The notes below the pieces were generated by a model, which was not told the origin of the DNA, did not search any database, and was given only the letters and a program-made list of their open reading frames with translations. Shown here piece after piece: positions 10,371 through 19,418 of a DNA stretch of 33,224 bases. The DNA is from Azonexus sp. (GTDB lineage: Bacteria > Pseudomonadota > Gammaproteobacteria > Burkholderiales > Rhodocyclaceae): the NCBI GenBank assembly GCA_035429665.1, contig DAOMFF010000001.1:1-33224 (forward strand), written 5' to 3'. Made by a program: the position numbers and the translations under genes. Position 1 is the first letter of the stretch, and every line of letters starts with the position of its first letter.

Positions 10371-11925
10371 GAATCGTGCTTTTCGCGTGCGGCAGCGTTT
10401 CCGGATAGTCACGTGAAAAGTGCAGCCCGCGGCTTTCCTTGCGCCGCATGGCGCAACGGATGATCAGGTCGGCGGTGACGACCAGATTGCGCAGTTCGAT
10501 CAGGTCATGACTGACCCGGAAGTTGGCGTAGAACTCCTCGATTTCCCACTTCAGCAAGCGGATGCGATTCTGTGCCCGCTTGAGCCGCTTCGTGGTGCGG
10601 ACGATGCCGACGTAGTCCCACATGAAGCGACGCAATTCGTCCCAGTTGTGGGAGATGACCACTTCCTCATCGGCATTGGTGACGCGGCTTTCATCCCATT
10701 GGGGCAAGCGGGGAGGGCGGCTGGTTTTGCGACCCAGGATATCGTTGACCGCAGCTTCGGCAAAGACCAGACATTCGAGCAGCGAGTTCGAGGCCAGTCG
10801 GTTGGCGCCATGGAGGCCGGTGCATGAAGCTTCGCCGGCAACATAGAGGCCCTTGACGTCAGTGCGCCCGCGCAGGTCGCTGATGATGCCGCCGCAGGTA
10901 TAGTGGGCCGCGGGTACGACGGGAATCGGCTCGCTGGCGATATCGATGCCCAGTTCGAGGCAACGGGCATGGATATTCGGGAAATGCGCCCGGATGAATT
11001 CCTCGCCCTTGTGGGTGATGTCCAGATAGACGCAGTCCACGCCGCGCTTCTTCATTTCGAAGTCGATGGCGCGAGCGACGATGTCACGCGGCGCGAGTTC
11101 GGCCCGCTCGTCATGCCTCGGCATGAAGCGGGTGCCATCGGGCAGTCGAAGCAGGCCGCCTTCGCCGCGCACCGCTTCGGAAATCAGGAAGGACTTCGCC
11201 TGCGGGTGATACAGGCAGGTCGGGTGAAACTGGATGAATTCCATATTGGCGACCCGGCAGCCGGCCCGCCAGGCCATTGCCACTCCATCGCCGGTGGAGG
11301 TATCGGGGTTCGTCGTATACAGATAGACCTTGCCGGCGCCACCCGTCGCGATAAGGGTGTTGGGAGCGCTGATGGTTATGACATCGCCGCTTCGACTGTT
11401 GAGGACGTGAGCTCCGAAACAGCGGTTCTCGCCGGTACCCAGTTTGGCGCCGGTAATCAGGTCGATCGCGATATGGTTTTCAAAAACCTTGATGTTGTGG
11501 GTGGCGCGCACCTGCCGGGTCAGTGTTTCCTGAACCGCCGACCCGGTCGCATCGGCAACGTGAATCACCCGCCGTGCGCTATGTCCGCCTTCGCGGGTTA
11601 GGTGATATCCGGATTCATCCTGGGTGAAGGGAACGCCTTGGGCAATCAGCCAATCGATGGCACGACGACCGTTTTCGACAACGAAACGTGTCGCTTTCTC
11701 GTCATTGAGCCAGGCGCCGGCGACCAGGGTGTCGCGGATATGAGCCTCGATCGAATCCTGGCTGTCGAGAACGGCGGCAATGCCCCCTTGCGCCCAGCCG
11801 GATGCCGAATCCTCAAGACCGCGCTTGCTGACAAGCGCCACCCGGCAATGTCCGGCCAGTCGGAGCGCGGCTGACTGTCCGGCGAGGCCACTGCCGATGA
11901 TAAGTACATCGAAATTCTGCAACAC
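10345..11925 (-). CDS. nadB: L-aspartate oxidase
   Basis: [14 protein letters not shown] motif, [39 protein letters not shown] and ESRGLH. GTG start at 11925 with AGGG RBS. Divergent from rpoE. Confidence 0.95.
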   Translation of the reverse strand: MLQNFDVLIIGSGLAGQSAALRLAGHCRVALVSKRGLEDSASGWAQGGIAAVLDSQDSIEAHIRDTLVAGAWLNDEKATRFVVENGRRAIDWLIAQGVPFTQDESGYHLTREGGHSARRVIHVADATGSAVQETLTRQVRATHNIKVFENHIAIDLITGAKLGTGENRCFGAHVLNSRSGDVITISAPNTLIATGGAGKVYLYTTNPDTSTGDGVAMAWRAGCRVANMEFIQFHPTCLYHPQAKSFLISEAVRGEGGLLRLPDGTRFMPRHDERAELAPRDIVARAIDFEMKKRGVDCVYLDITHKGEEFIRAHFPNIHARCLELGIDIASEPIPVVPAAHYTCGGIISDLRGRTDVKGLYVAGEASCTGLHGANRLASNSLLECLVFAEAAVNDILGRKTSRPPRLPQWDESRVTNADEEVVISHNWDELRRFMWDYVGIVRTTKRLKRAQNRIRLLKWEIEEFYANFRVSHDLIELRNLVVTADLIIRCAMRRKESRGLHFSRDYPETLPHAKSTILRNRLSRR

Positions 11926-12018
11926 TATTTCCCTAGCGGGATTGCACAAAGCCAAATATAGCATGGCAAAAATGGTTCTTGCCGTTACAGATGGTCACAA
12001 TTAAGGGCAACTACGTAT

Positions 12019-12047
12019 CTGCCCGAGTAATTCGACTGGGATATACT
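12019..12047 (+). promoter_or_regulatory. Possible sigma70-type promoter upstream of rpoE
   Basis: CTGCCC, 17-bp spacer, TATACT (12042-12047). The -35 is weak. Confidence 0.35.
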
Positions 12048-12096
12048 GCGCTCGACGAAGAGACCGGTGAAAATCTGACCGAGCATGCAAGAGCTT

Positions 12097-12696
12097 ATGA
12101 GCGAGCGCGAGATTGACCAGATACTGGTCGAGCGGGCGCAAGCTGGCGATCGACACGCCTTTGATCAGTTGGTTAGCAAGTATCAGCGCAAGCTGGGGCG
12201 TCTGCTATCGCGCTTCATTCGCGATTCCGCCGAAATCGAGGATGTGACGCAGGAAGCCTTTATCAAAGCCTACCGGGCGTTGCCGTCGTTTCGCGGCGAC
12301 AGCGCCTTCTATACCTGGCTTTACCGGATCGGCATCAACACGGCCAAGAATTACCTGGTCGCCCAAGGCCGGCGCGCACCGACATCGACCCAGTTCGACA
12401 GCGAGGAAGCGGAGACTTTCGAGTCCGCCGATCAACTGCGCGATATCAACACCCCGGAAAGTCTTCTGATGTCGAAGCAGATCGGGGAAACCGTCAATTC
12501 CGCCATCGACGCGTTGCCCGAGGAGTTGCGCAGGGCGATTGTCCTGCGTGAAATTGACGGGCTGTCCTACGAGGAAATCGCGGACATGATGGATTGCCCG
12601 ATCGGCACCGTGCGCTCGCGCATCTTCCGCGCCCGTGAGGCGGTGGCCCTGAAGCTGCGGCCCTTGCTCGATATCGCGCCGGATCGCCGCTGGTAA
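12097..12696 (+). CDS. rpoE: ECF sigma factor RpoE (AlgU)
   Basis: DVTQEAFIKAYRAL, FYTWLYRIGINTAKNYL and LSYEEIADMMDCPIGTVRSRIFRAR. Start at 12097 or 12085. Confidence 0.96.
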   Translation: MSEREIDQILVERAQAGDRHAFDQLVSKYQRKLGRLLSRFIRDSAEIEDVTQEAFIKAYRALPSFRGDSAFYTWLYRIGINTAKNYLVAQGRRAPTSTQFDSEEAETFESADQLRDINTPESLLMSKQIGETVNSAIDALPEELRRAIVLREIDGLSYEEIADMMDCPIGTVRSRIFRAREAVALKLRPLLDIAPDRRW

Positions 12697-12699
12697 TTG

Positions 12700-13137
12700 A
12701 TGAATTCCGAACCAAGTACGGTCCGCGCCATCGTCCGCGAGATCAACCAAGCCGATGCCCTGGTCGAGATAGAGCAGGGAGGTTGCGGGCGCTGCCACGA
12801 ACCGGGCGGCTGCGGCGGTCAGCAGCTAACCCAGATGTTCTGTTCGACGCCGAAAACCTATCGGGTCGCCAACGAAATCGGAGCCGGGGTCGGCGATCGT
12901 GTAACGGTCGAGATAGCCGCGGGCAGCGTTCGCCGGAGCGCGAATTTGGCCTATGTTCTGCCGTTGACCGCAACTATCGCCGGCGCGGTGCTCGGGATGC
13001 TTCTCGGAGACGATCCAGGGGCGATGCTTGGTGGTCTGGCCGGTTTGCTTGTCGCGTTTCTTCATGTCCGCCGCCGTGCGGCAGCGGGTACTGGTTTTTC
13101 CGCAAATCATCCCCATATCGTTTCCCGTTCGTCTTAA
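12700..13137 (+). CDS. rseC: RseC/MucC family protein
   Basis: GCGRCHEPGGCG Cys motif, VGDRVTVEI, AYVLPL and two C-terminal TM helices. Confidence 0.85.
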   Translation: MNSEPSTVRAIVREINQADALVEIEQGGCGRCHEPGGCGGQQLTQMFCSTPKTYRVANEIGAGVGDRVTVEIAAGSVRRSANLAYVLPLTATIAGAVLGMLLGDDPGAMLGGLAGLLVAFLHVRRRAAAGTGFSANHPHIVSRSS

Positions 13138-13159
13138 GCAATTCAGGAGGTACACGCCA

Positions 13160-14578
13160 ATGAAGCGTTTTCTGGCTCTCTTTTCATTCCTTCTTGTTTC
13201 TTCATTGGCGCTTGCGCAGACCCGTGGTCTGCCTGACTTCACCGAGCTGGCCGAGAAACAGGGACCGGCCGTCGTCAATATCAGCACGACGCAGGTGATG
13301 CGCGGCAACCAGGGAATGCCCTTTCCGTTCGACGAGAGCGACCCGGCCTTCGAATTCTTCAAGCGCTTCATTCCCCGGGGACCGGGAGGCAGCACACCGC
13401 GCGAGTTCGAGAACAAGTCGCTCGGGTCGGGCTTTATCATGAGCCAGGACGGCTATATTCTGACCAATGCCCATGTCGTCGACGGCGCGGATGAAGTGAC
13501 CGTGCGCCTGACCGACAAGCGTGAATTCAAGGCGAAGATCATCGGCGCCGACAAACGCACTGACGTCGCGCTGCTGAAGATCGAGGCCGGTGGACTCCCG
13601 GCCGTAAAAATGGCGGATCCCGCGCAGCTCAAGGTCGGCGAGTGGGTTGTCGCCATCGGTTCGCCGTTCGGTTTCGACAATTCGGTGACGGCGGGTATCG
13701 TTTCGGCCAAGGGCCGTTCATTGCCGCAGGAGAACTACGTCCCCTTCATACAGACGGATGTCGCGATCAATCCCGGCAATTCCGGCGGTCCGCTGTTCAA
13801 CATGCGCGGCGAGGTGGTCGGCATCAATTCGCAGATCTACAGTCGCAGCGGTGGCTACATGGGCGTCTCCTTCGCCATTCCGATCGACGTTGCCATGGAT
13901 ATCCAGAACCAGTTGCGCGTCTCGGGCAAAGTCAGCCGCGGTCGTCTCGGCGTGGTGATTCAGGAAGTCAGCAAGGAACTGGCGGAGTCACTGGCGTTGA
14001 GCAAGCCGATGGGTGCCGTCGTAAATGCGGTCGAAAAGGGCGGGCCGGCCGACAAGGCGGGACTCGAGCCGGGTGACGTCATCCTCAAGTTCGATGGCAA
14101 GCCGATCAATGCTTCCGCCGACCTCCCGCGCATGGTGGGTGCAACCAAGCCGGGAACCCGATCGACGCTTCAGGTCTGGCGCAAGGGCGCGACCCGCGAC
14201 ATCGTCGTAACCGTGGGCGAGATGAGCGACGAGAAAGTGTCTGCCAGTCGTCCTTCCCGTGGGGGTAAGCCTGCGGAACAGCAGGCCAATCGCCTCGGAC
14301 TGGTGGTGAGCGAACTCACTGCAGAGCAGAAGCGGGACCTCAAGATGTCCTCCGGCCTGCTGATCCAGGATGTTCGCGGTGCCAATGCGCGGGCCGATCT
14401 GCGTCCCGGCGATATCATCATCGCGCTGATCAGCAAGGGGGCAACGACCGAAGTCACGACGGTCGAGCAGTTCAACAAGTTGCTGGCGCAGTTCGAAAAG
14501 GGCAGCAACATTACCCTCCTGATTCGCCGTGGCGAGATGCAGTCCTTCGTGACCATCAAGGGTCTCAATGGTAATTGA
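13160..14578 (+). CDS. degP: DegP/DegQ (MucD) periplasmic serine protease
   Basis: Signal peptide, LTNAHVV, TDVALLK, INPGNSGGPL and two PDZ-like domains. AGGAGG RBS. Confidence 0.92.
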   Translation: MKRFLALFSFLLVSSLALAQTRGLPDFTELAEKQGPAVVNISTTQVMRGNQGMPFPFDESDPAFEFFKRFIPRGPGGSTPREFENKSLGSGFIMSQDGYILTNAHVVDGADEVTVRLTDKREFKAKIIGADKRTDVALLKIEAGGLPAVKMADPAQLKVGEWVVAIGSPFGFDNSVTAGIVSAKGRSLPQENYVPFIQTDVAINPGNSGGPLFNMRGEVVGINSQIYSRSGGYMGVSFAIPIDVAMDIQNQLRVSGKVSRGRLGVVIQEVSKELAESLALSKPMGAVVNAVEKGGPADKAGLEPGDVILKFDGKPINASADLPRMVGATKPGTRSTLQVWRKGATRDIVVTVGEMSDEKVSASRPSRGGKPAEQQANRLGLVVSELTAEQKRDLKMSSGLLIQDVRGANARADLRPGDIIIALISKGATTEVTTVEQFNKLLAQFEKGSNITLLIRRGEMQSFVTIKGLNGN

Positions 14579-14813
14579 CCTGACTCTTCTCAGCCGTAGT
14601 TACTGCCACCTTTGTCAAGAGATGGAGGTGGCATTGGCACCGCTGGCGGAAGAATTTGGCGCTTCGGTGACGGTTCTCGATGTCGATTCCGATCCCCAGC
14701 TCGAAGCCAGATATGATGAACTGGTACCCGTTCTGCTGCATGGTGAAAGCGAAATCTGCCATTACTTTCTGGACGAGGTCAAAACCCGTGAATACTTGGC
14801 CGGAATCCGCTAG
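14568..14813 (+). CDS. Glutaredoxin-like protein (DUF836)
   Basis: SRSYCHLC (CxxC) and YDELVPVL. Usual position between degP and lepA in Betaproteobacteria. Confidence 0.82.
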   Translation: MVIDLTLLSRSYCHLCQEMEVALAPLAEEFGASVTVLDVDSDPQLEARYDELVPVLLHGESEICHYFLDEVKTREYLAGIR

Positions 14814-14836
14814 AATTCAAGGCCTTCTGAACAAGG

Positions 14837-14864
14837 AAGGGCGCTGCAAAAGCGCCCTTTTTTT
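14837..14864 (+). terminator. Intrinsic-terminator-like hairpin immediately upstream of lepA
   Basis: AAGGGCGCT-GCAAA-AGCGCCCTT followed by a T-run (7 T in total). Confidence 0.65.
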
Positions 14865-14874
14865 ACTCGCATCA

Positions 14875-16665
14875 ATGGATCACATCCGCAACTTCTCCAT
14901 AATCGCCCATATCGACCACGGGAAATCGACACTTGCCGATCGCATCATCCATCTTTGCGGTGGACTGTCGGACCGCGAGATGGAGGCCCAGGTTCTCGAT
15001 TCGATGGATATCGAACGCGAGCGTGGCATCACCATCAAGGCGCAGACTGCGGCGCTGCAATACAAGGCACGTGACAGCAAGGTCTACAACCTGAACCTGA
15101 TCGACACGCCGGGACACGTTGACTTCTCGTATGAGGTTTCGCGTTCATTGTCCGCCTGCGAAGGTGCTCTTCTGGTTGTCGACGCCTCGCAAGGTGTCGA
15201 GGCGCAAACCGTCGCCAACTGCTACACGGCGCTTGAACTCGACGTCGAGGTTGTGCCGGTGCTGAACAAGATCGACCTTCCCTCGGCTGACCCCGACAAT
15301 GCGCGACAAGAGATCGAGGACGTGATCGGCATCGACGCAACCGACGCCATCCTTGCGTCGGCGAAGACGGGACGGGGGGTTGACGATATCCTTGAAGCGG
15401 TGGTTGCACGCATTCCGCCACCCAAGGGCAATCCGGAAGGGCCGCTCAAGGCCTTGATCATCGACTCGTGGTTCGACAACTACGTCGGCGTTGTCATGCT
15501 GGTGCGGGTGGTTGACGGGGTCATGCGGCCGAAGGACAAGCTTCTTTTCATGGCGAGTGGTGCCCAGCAGCTGTGCGAACAGGTCGGCGTATTTTCCCCG
15601 AAGTCGGTTTCGCGCGACGCACTGCGCGCAGGCGAAGTGGGGTTCGTCATTGCCGGGATCAAGGAATTGCAGGCGGCCAAGGTCGGCGACACGATCACCA
15701 GGGTCGACCGCAAGGCGAGCGAACCCTTGCCGGGGTTCAAGGAAATAAAGCCGCAGGTGTTTGCCGGACTCTACCCGGTCGAATCCAATCAGTATGACTC
15801 CCTGCGCGAATCGCTGGAAAAGCTGAAACTCAACGATGCGTCGCTGCACTACGAGCCAGAGGTTTCGCAGGCGCTTGGTTTCGGTTTCCGCTGCGGATTT
15901 CTGGGCCTGCTGCACATGGAAATCGTCCAGGAGCGCCTGGAACGCGAATTTGATCAGGATCTTATCACCACGGCGCCGACCGTCGTCTACGAGGTCGTCA
16001 TGCGCGACGGCTCGGTCGTTCAGGTCGAAAATCCGGCCAAACTGCCGGAACTGAGCAAGGTCGAAGAGGTGCGCGAGCCGATCATCACCGCCACGATCTT
16101 CGTGCCTCAGGATTATCTGGGAAACGTCATCACGCTGTGCAACCAGAAGCGTGGCAATCAGGTCGATATGCATTACCACGGCCGTCAGGTAAAGCTGGTT
16201 TACGAAATTCCGATGGCCGAAGTGGTGATGGATTTCTTCGACCGCCTGAAGTCGTGCTCGAAAGGCTACGCGTCGCTTGACTACGAGTTCAGGGAATACC
16301 GCGCAGCCGATGTGGTCAAGCTGGATATTCTCATCAACAACGAGAAGGTGGACGCCCTGTCGCTGATCGTGCATCGCGCCAACTCGCAGTATCGCGGCCG
16401 CGAACTGGCCGCCAAGATGCGTGAACTGATTCCCCGCCAGATGTACGACGTGGCGATTCAGGCAGCGATCGGATCGCATATCGTTGCCCGCGAGAACGTC
16501 AAGGCGATGCGCAAGGACGTTCTGGCCAAGTGCTATGGCGGTGACATCACACGCAAGAGAAAACTTCTGGAAAAACAGAAGGCCGGCAAGAAGCGCATGA
16601 AACAGGTCGGCAGCGTGGAAATTCCGCAGGAGGCCTTCCTCGCCATCCTGCGTGTCGATAGCTGA
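14875..16665 (+). CDS. lepA: Elongation factor 4 (LepA)
   Basis: [35 protein letters not shown] and [10 protein letters not shown]. Confidence 0.97.
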   Translation: MDHIRNFSIIAHIDHGKSTLADRIIHLCGGLSDREMEAQVLDSMDIERERGITIKAQTAALQYKARDSKVYNLNLIDTPGHVDFSYEVSRSLSACEGALLVVDASQGVEAQTVANCYTALELDVEVVPVLNKIDLPSADPDNARQEIEDVIGIDATDAILASAKTGRGVDDILEAVVARIPPPKGNPEGPLKALIIDSWFDNYVGVVMLVRVVDGVMRPKDKLLFMASGAQQLCEQVGVFSPKSVSRDALRAGEVGFVIAGIKELQAAKVGDTITRVDRKASEPLPGFKEIKPQVFAGLYPVESNQYDSLRESLEKLKLNDASLHYEPEVSQALGFGFRCGFLGLLHMEIVQERLEREFDQDLITTAPTVVYEVVMRDGSVVQVENPAKLPELSKVEEVREPIITATIFVPQDYLGNVITLCNQKRGNQVDMHYHGRQVKLVYEIPMAEVVMDFFDRLKSCSKGYASLDYEFREYRAADVVKLDILINNEKVDALSLIVHRANSQYRGRELAAKMRELIPRQMYDVAIQAAIGSHIVARENVKAMRKDVLAKCYGGDITRKRKLLEKQKAGKKRMKQVGSVEIPQEAFLAILRVDS

Positions 16666-16676
16666 GATTTCAACCA

Positions 16677-18380
16677 ATGAATTTTGCCCTGATTCTTTTC
16701 GTGCTGACAGTCGTGACCGGTGTGCTCTATGCGGTCGACGTGCTGAAATTCCGGAAGTTGCGTGAGCGGAAGTACGCGTCCTTCTATGGCTTGACCAGCA
16801 AGCCCTTCCTGGCAAACCCCGATTCGAAGTTCTATTTTCCCAGCGAGGCACATCTGCGTGCCACGGCGTATCTCGATTACGGCATGCAGCAGAATGAGGG
16901 CTTCGTCATCATTACCGGGGAATCAGGCACGGGCAAGACGACGATCATTCGCAGGATGCTCGAAAGTCTGGATCCGGACAAGGTAATCGCGGCGCATCTC
17001 GTGAGTACCCGGGGCGATGCCGACAACACCTTGCGTCTTGTCGGCGCGGCATTCGGTATTCACACCAAGGGTGTCGAGAAATCCGAAGTCCTCCAGTCCC
17101 TTGAGGCGTTCCTAATCGGCCTGACGAGCAAGGGCAAGCGCTGCCTGCTTATCGTAGACGAGGCGCAGAATCTGACTGTCAAGGCCGTCGAGGAATTGCG
17201 CACGCTTTCGAATTTTCAGTTCGGCAACCAACCCCTGCTGCGAAGTTTTCTCGTCGGGCAACCCGAATTCCGTGAAATCCTGCAGAGCCCTCAATTGACG
17301 CAATTCAGGCAGCGGATCATTGCCTCCTACCACATCGAGCCGATGAGCGAGGCGGAGACGTTTGACTACATCGGGCACCGGCTCAAATGCGCCGGGGCAA
17401 GTGGATGTCCCAGCTTTACGCCGGATGGCCTTGAGGCAATATTCAAGGCCACAGGCGGGATTCCCCAGCGTATCAATTCACTTTGCGATCATCTGCTGCT
17501 GTTTGGCTATCTCAACAACAAGAAGGAATTCGACGCCAAGGACGTCGAGGAGGTTGGCAAAAAAGCTACAGGTACCCGGGGCTCAGCATCGGGCCGGGCA
17601 CAACGCGCCGCAGGCCAAAGTTCCGGATCCGGATGGATGCAGGCCTTTGCCGATCGGGTTCTGGATGGGCAAGGTGAGTCCAACGAAGCCAAGGAACCGC
17701 TGTGGGTGGAATGGGGCGCCAGTTTCTTCCCGGTCATCCTGGTCGTCTTCTTGCTGCGCTCCTTCCTTTTCGAGCCGTTCAAGATCCCCTCGGGTTCGAT
17801 GATTCCGACCTTGCAGGTTGGCGACTTCATCCTGGTCAACAAGTTCATCTATGGCATCCGGTTGCCGGTCATCAACAAGAAGATCATCGACATCAAGTCA
17901 CCACAGCGGGGCGACGTAATGGTTTTCCGCTACCCGGAGGATCCTTCGCTCGATTACATCAAGCGCGTCATCGGGCTGCCGGGCGATACAGTTGCCTATC
18001 AGAACAAGCGTCTGAGCATCAACGGTCAGCCTGTCGAAACGACGAAGATTTTCGACTACCATCATCCGGAACGCCTCTACTACTCGGAACAATATGTCGC
18101 TAGAATTGGCGATGTCGAGTACAGGTACCTGAACGACAGTGATGCACCGGCGTTGATCCCCGATGCGACCCGGTTTCCGTATAGGGACAATTGCACCTAC
18201 AATGCGGCCGGTGTCATCTGCAAGGTACCCGCCGGGCATTACTTCATGATGGGCGATAATCGCGACAACAGCCGCGACAGTCGATTCTGGGGTTTTGTGC
18301 CCGAGCAGAATATTGTGGGCAAGGCATTCTTTATCTGGTTGAACCTGAGCAGTCCCAGCCGGATCGGTTCCTTCAAGTAG
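16677..18380 (+). CDS. lepB: Signal peptidase I with an in-frame inserted ExeA/PEP-CTERM-type AAA+ ATPase domain (567 aa)
   Basis: TM1 is aa 1-22 and TM2 about aa 343-365. Catalytic Ser374 (IPSGSMIPTL), Lys429 (DYIKR) and MGDNRDNSRDSRFWGFV are present. aa 32 to about 295 carry YASFYGLTSKPF, Walker A GESGTGKT and Walker B LLIVDEAQNL. Confidence 0.9.
   Translation: MNFALILFVLTVVTGVLYAVDVLKFRKLRERKYASFYGLTSKPFLANPDSKFYFPSEAHLRATAYLDYGMQQNEGFVIITGESGTGKTTIIRRMLESLDPDKVIAAHLVSTRGDADNTLRLVGAAFGIHTKGVEKSEVLQSLEAFLIGLTSKGKRCLLIVDEAQNLTVKAVEELRTLSNFQFGNQPLLRSFLVGQPEFREILQSPQLTQFRQRIIASYHIEPMSEAETFDYIGHRLKCAGASGCPSFTPDGLEAIFKATGGIPQRINSLCDHLLLFGYLNNKKEFDAKDVEEVGKKATGTRGSASGRAQRAAGQSSGSGWMQAFADRVLDGQGESNEAKEPLWVEWGASFFPVILVVFLLRSFLFEPFKIPSGSMIPTLQVGDFILVNKFIYGIRLPVINKKIIDIKSPQRGDVMVFRYPEDPSLDYIKRVIGLPGDTVAYQNKRLSINGQPVETTKIFDYHHPERLYYSEQYVARIGDVEYRYLNDSDAPALIPDATRFPYRDNCTYNAAGVICKVPAGHYFMMGDNRDNSRDSRFWGFVPEQNIVGKAFFIWLNLSSPSRIGSFK
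16770..17561 (+). other. AAA+ ATPase domain (ExeA/GspA; XrtA/PEP-CTERM-associated ATPase-like) inside lepB
   Basis: Family-type motifs: YGLxxKPF, AYLDYG..EGFVIITGESGTGKTT, DEAQNL..VEELR.LSNF, FLVGQPEF, RQRI, YIGHRL and GGIPQRIN. Confidence 0.85.
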
Positions 18381-18388
18381 GAGAAGAA

Positions 18389-18739
18389 ATGAAATATCAA
18401 CGTGGGGTGGCTCTTTCGGGACTCATTTTCTGGGGCGTCGTGATAACGCTGGTGGCCGTGCTGGGGATGAAGGTCGTGCCGACAACAGTCGAGTACTACA
18501 AGATTCTCAAGGATATCAAGGCAACGGTTAACAAGGTGGGGCCCGAAGCGACGGTTGCCGATGTCAGAAGGACTTTCGACAACTTCGCCAATATCGATCA
18601 ACTCGACTTCAAGCCGGAACAACTCGATGTTTCCAAGGAGCGGGGCAAGATCGTGGTTTCATTTGATTACGACAAGCGCATTCCGCTCTTCGGCAATGTC
18701 AGCCTGGTGATCAACTACAAAGGTTCGACCGCCGACTGA
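18389..18739 (+). CDS. DUF4845 family protein
   Basis: Pilin-like N-terminus (QRG plus hydrophobic helix) and YDKRIPLFGNVSLVI. Conserved lepB-rnc position. Confidence 0.82.
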   Translation: MKYQRGVALSGLIFWGVVITLVAVLGMKVVPTTVEYYKILKDIKATVNKVGPEATVADVRRTFDNFANIDQLDFKPEQLDVSKERGKIVVSFDYDKRIPLFGNVSLVINYKGSTAD

Positions 18740-18746
18740 GCCCCAG

Positions 18747-19418
18747 GTGATTGACTTGTCGACGCTGGCGGCGGCGTTGGGGCATGTCTTTGCCGATCGC
18801 GAGTTGCTGCAGACTGCGCTGACACATCGCAGCTTCGGCAACCCCAACAACGAGCGGCTCGAATTCATCGGCGATGGGGTTCTCAACTGCGTGATTGCCG
18901 TGGCGCTTTTCAGGCGCCATCCGGATTTGGCGGAAGGCGAGCTTTCGCGGTTGCGTGCCAATCTGGTTCGTCAGGATGCGCTGCACAGGTTGGCCGTTAT
19001 GCTGAATATCGGCACCTACCTGCGTCTGGGCGAGGGCGAACTGAAAAGCGGTGGCAGCGAGCGGCCGTCGATTCTGGCCGATGCTGTGGAGGCGCTGATC
19101 GGAGCCGTCTATCTCGATGGTGGCTTCGACGCCGCGCAATCGCTCATCGCTCGCCTTTACCTCCCCATGTTCGACGAACTGACGCCGGGCCAACTCGGCA
19201 AGGATGCCAAGACCCGCTTGCAGGAGTGGCTGCAGGGCCGAAAGAAGCCGTTGCCGCGCTATCAGGTCATCGAGGCCAGCGGCGCGGCCCATGATCAGCG
19301 CTTCGAGGTCGCTTGCGAAATCGAGAATCCCGCCTTGCGCACGATCGGGCAGGGCAGCAGCCGTCGTCTGGCCGAGCAGGCCGCTGCCGACAGCGCACTG
19401 AAGGCACTCAAGGCATGA
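18747..19418 (+). CDS. rnc: Ribonuclease III
   Basis: [32 protein letters not shown] and dsRBD ([12 protein letters not shown]). Confidence 0.96.
   Translation: MIDLSTLAAALGHVFADRELLQTALTHRSFGNPNNERLEFIGDGVLNCVIAVALFRRHPDLAEGELSRLRANLVRQDALHRLAVMLNIGTYLRLGEGELKSGGSERPSILADAVEALIGAVYLDGGFDAAQSLIARLYLPMFDELTPGQLGKDAKTRLQEWLQGRKKPLPRYQVIEASGAAHDQRFEVACEIENPALRTIGQGSSRRLAEQAAADSALKALKA

Noticed and set aside
15145-16851. 568-aa antisense ORF opposite lepA
   Set aside because: No recognisable motifs. Long shadow ORFs are expected opposite GC-rich, codon-biased genes.
17571-17633. Polylinker-like restriction sites in the lepB linker (GGTACCCGGGG; TCCGGATCCGGA) suggesting an engineered construct
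   Set aside because: The matches are only 11-12 bp and GC-rich, they lie inside the insert rather than at its junctions, and no vector, tag or marker sequence is nearby. Most likely chance, though worth remembering if read support is poor.
16767-17678. lepB insert as an intein, intron or IS element
   Set aside because: It has no N-terminal Cys/Ser with C-terminal His-Asn followed by Cys/Ser/Thr, no LAGLIDADG, transposase or RT motifs, and no terminal inverted repeats. The insert reads as an ExeA-type ATPase.
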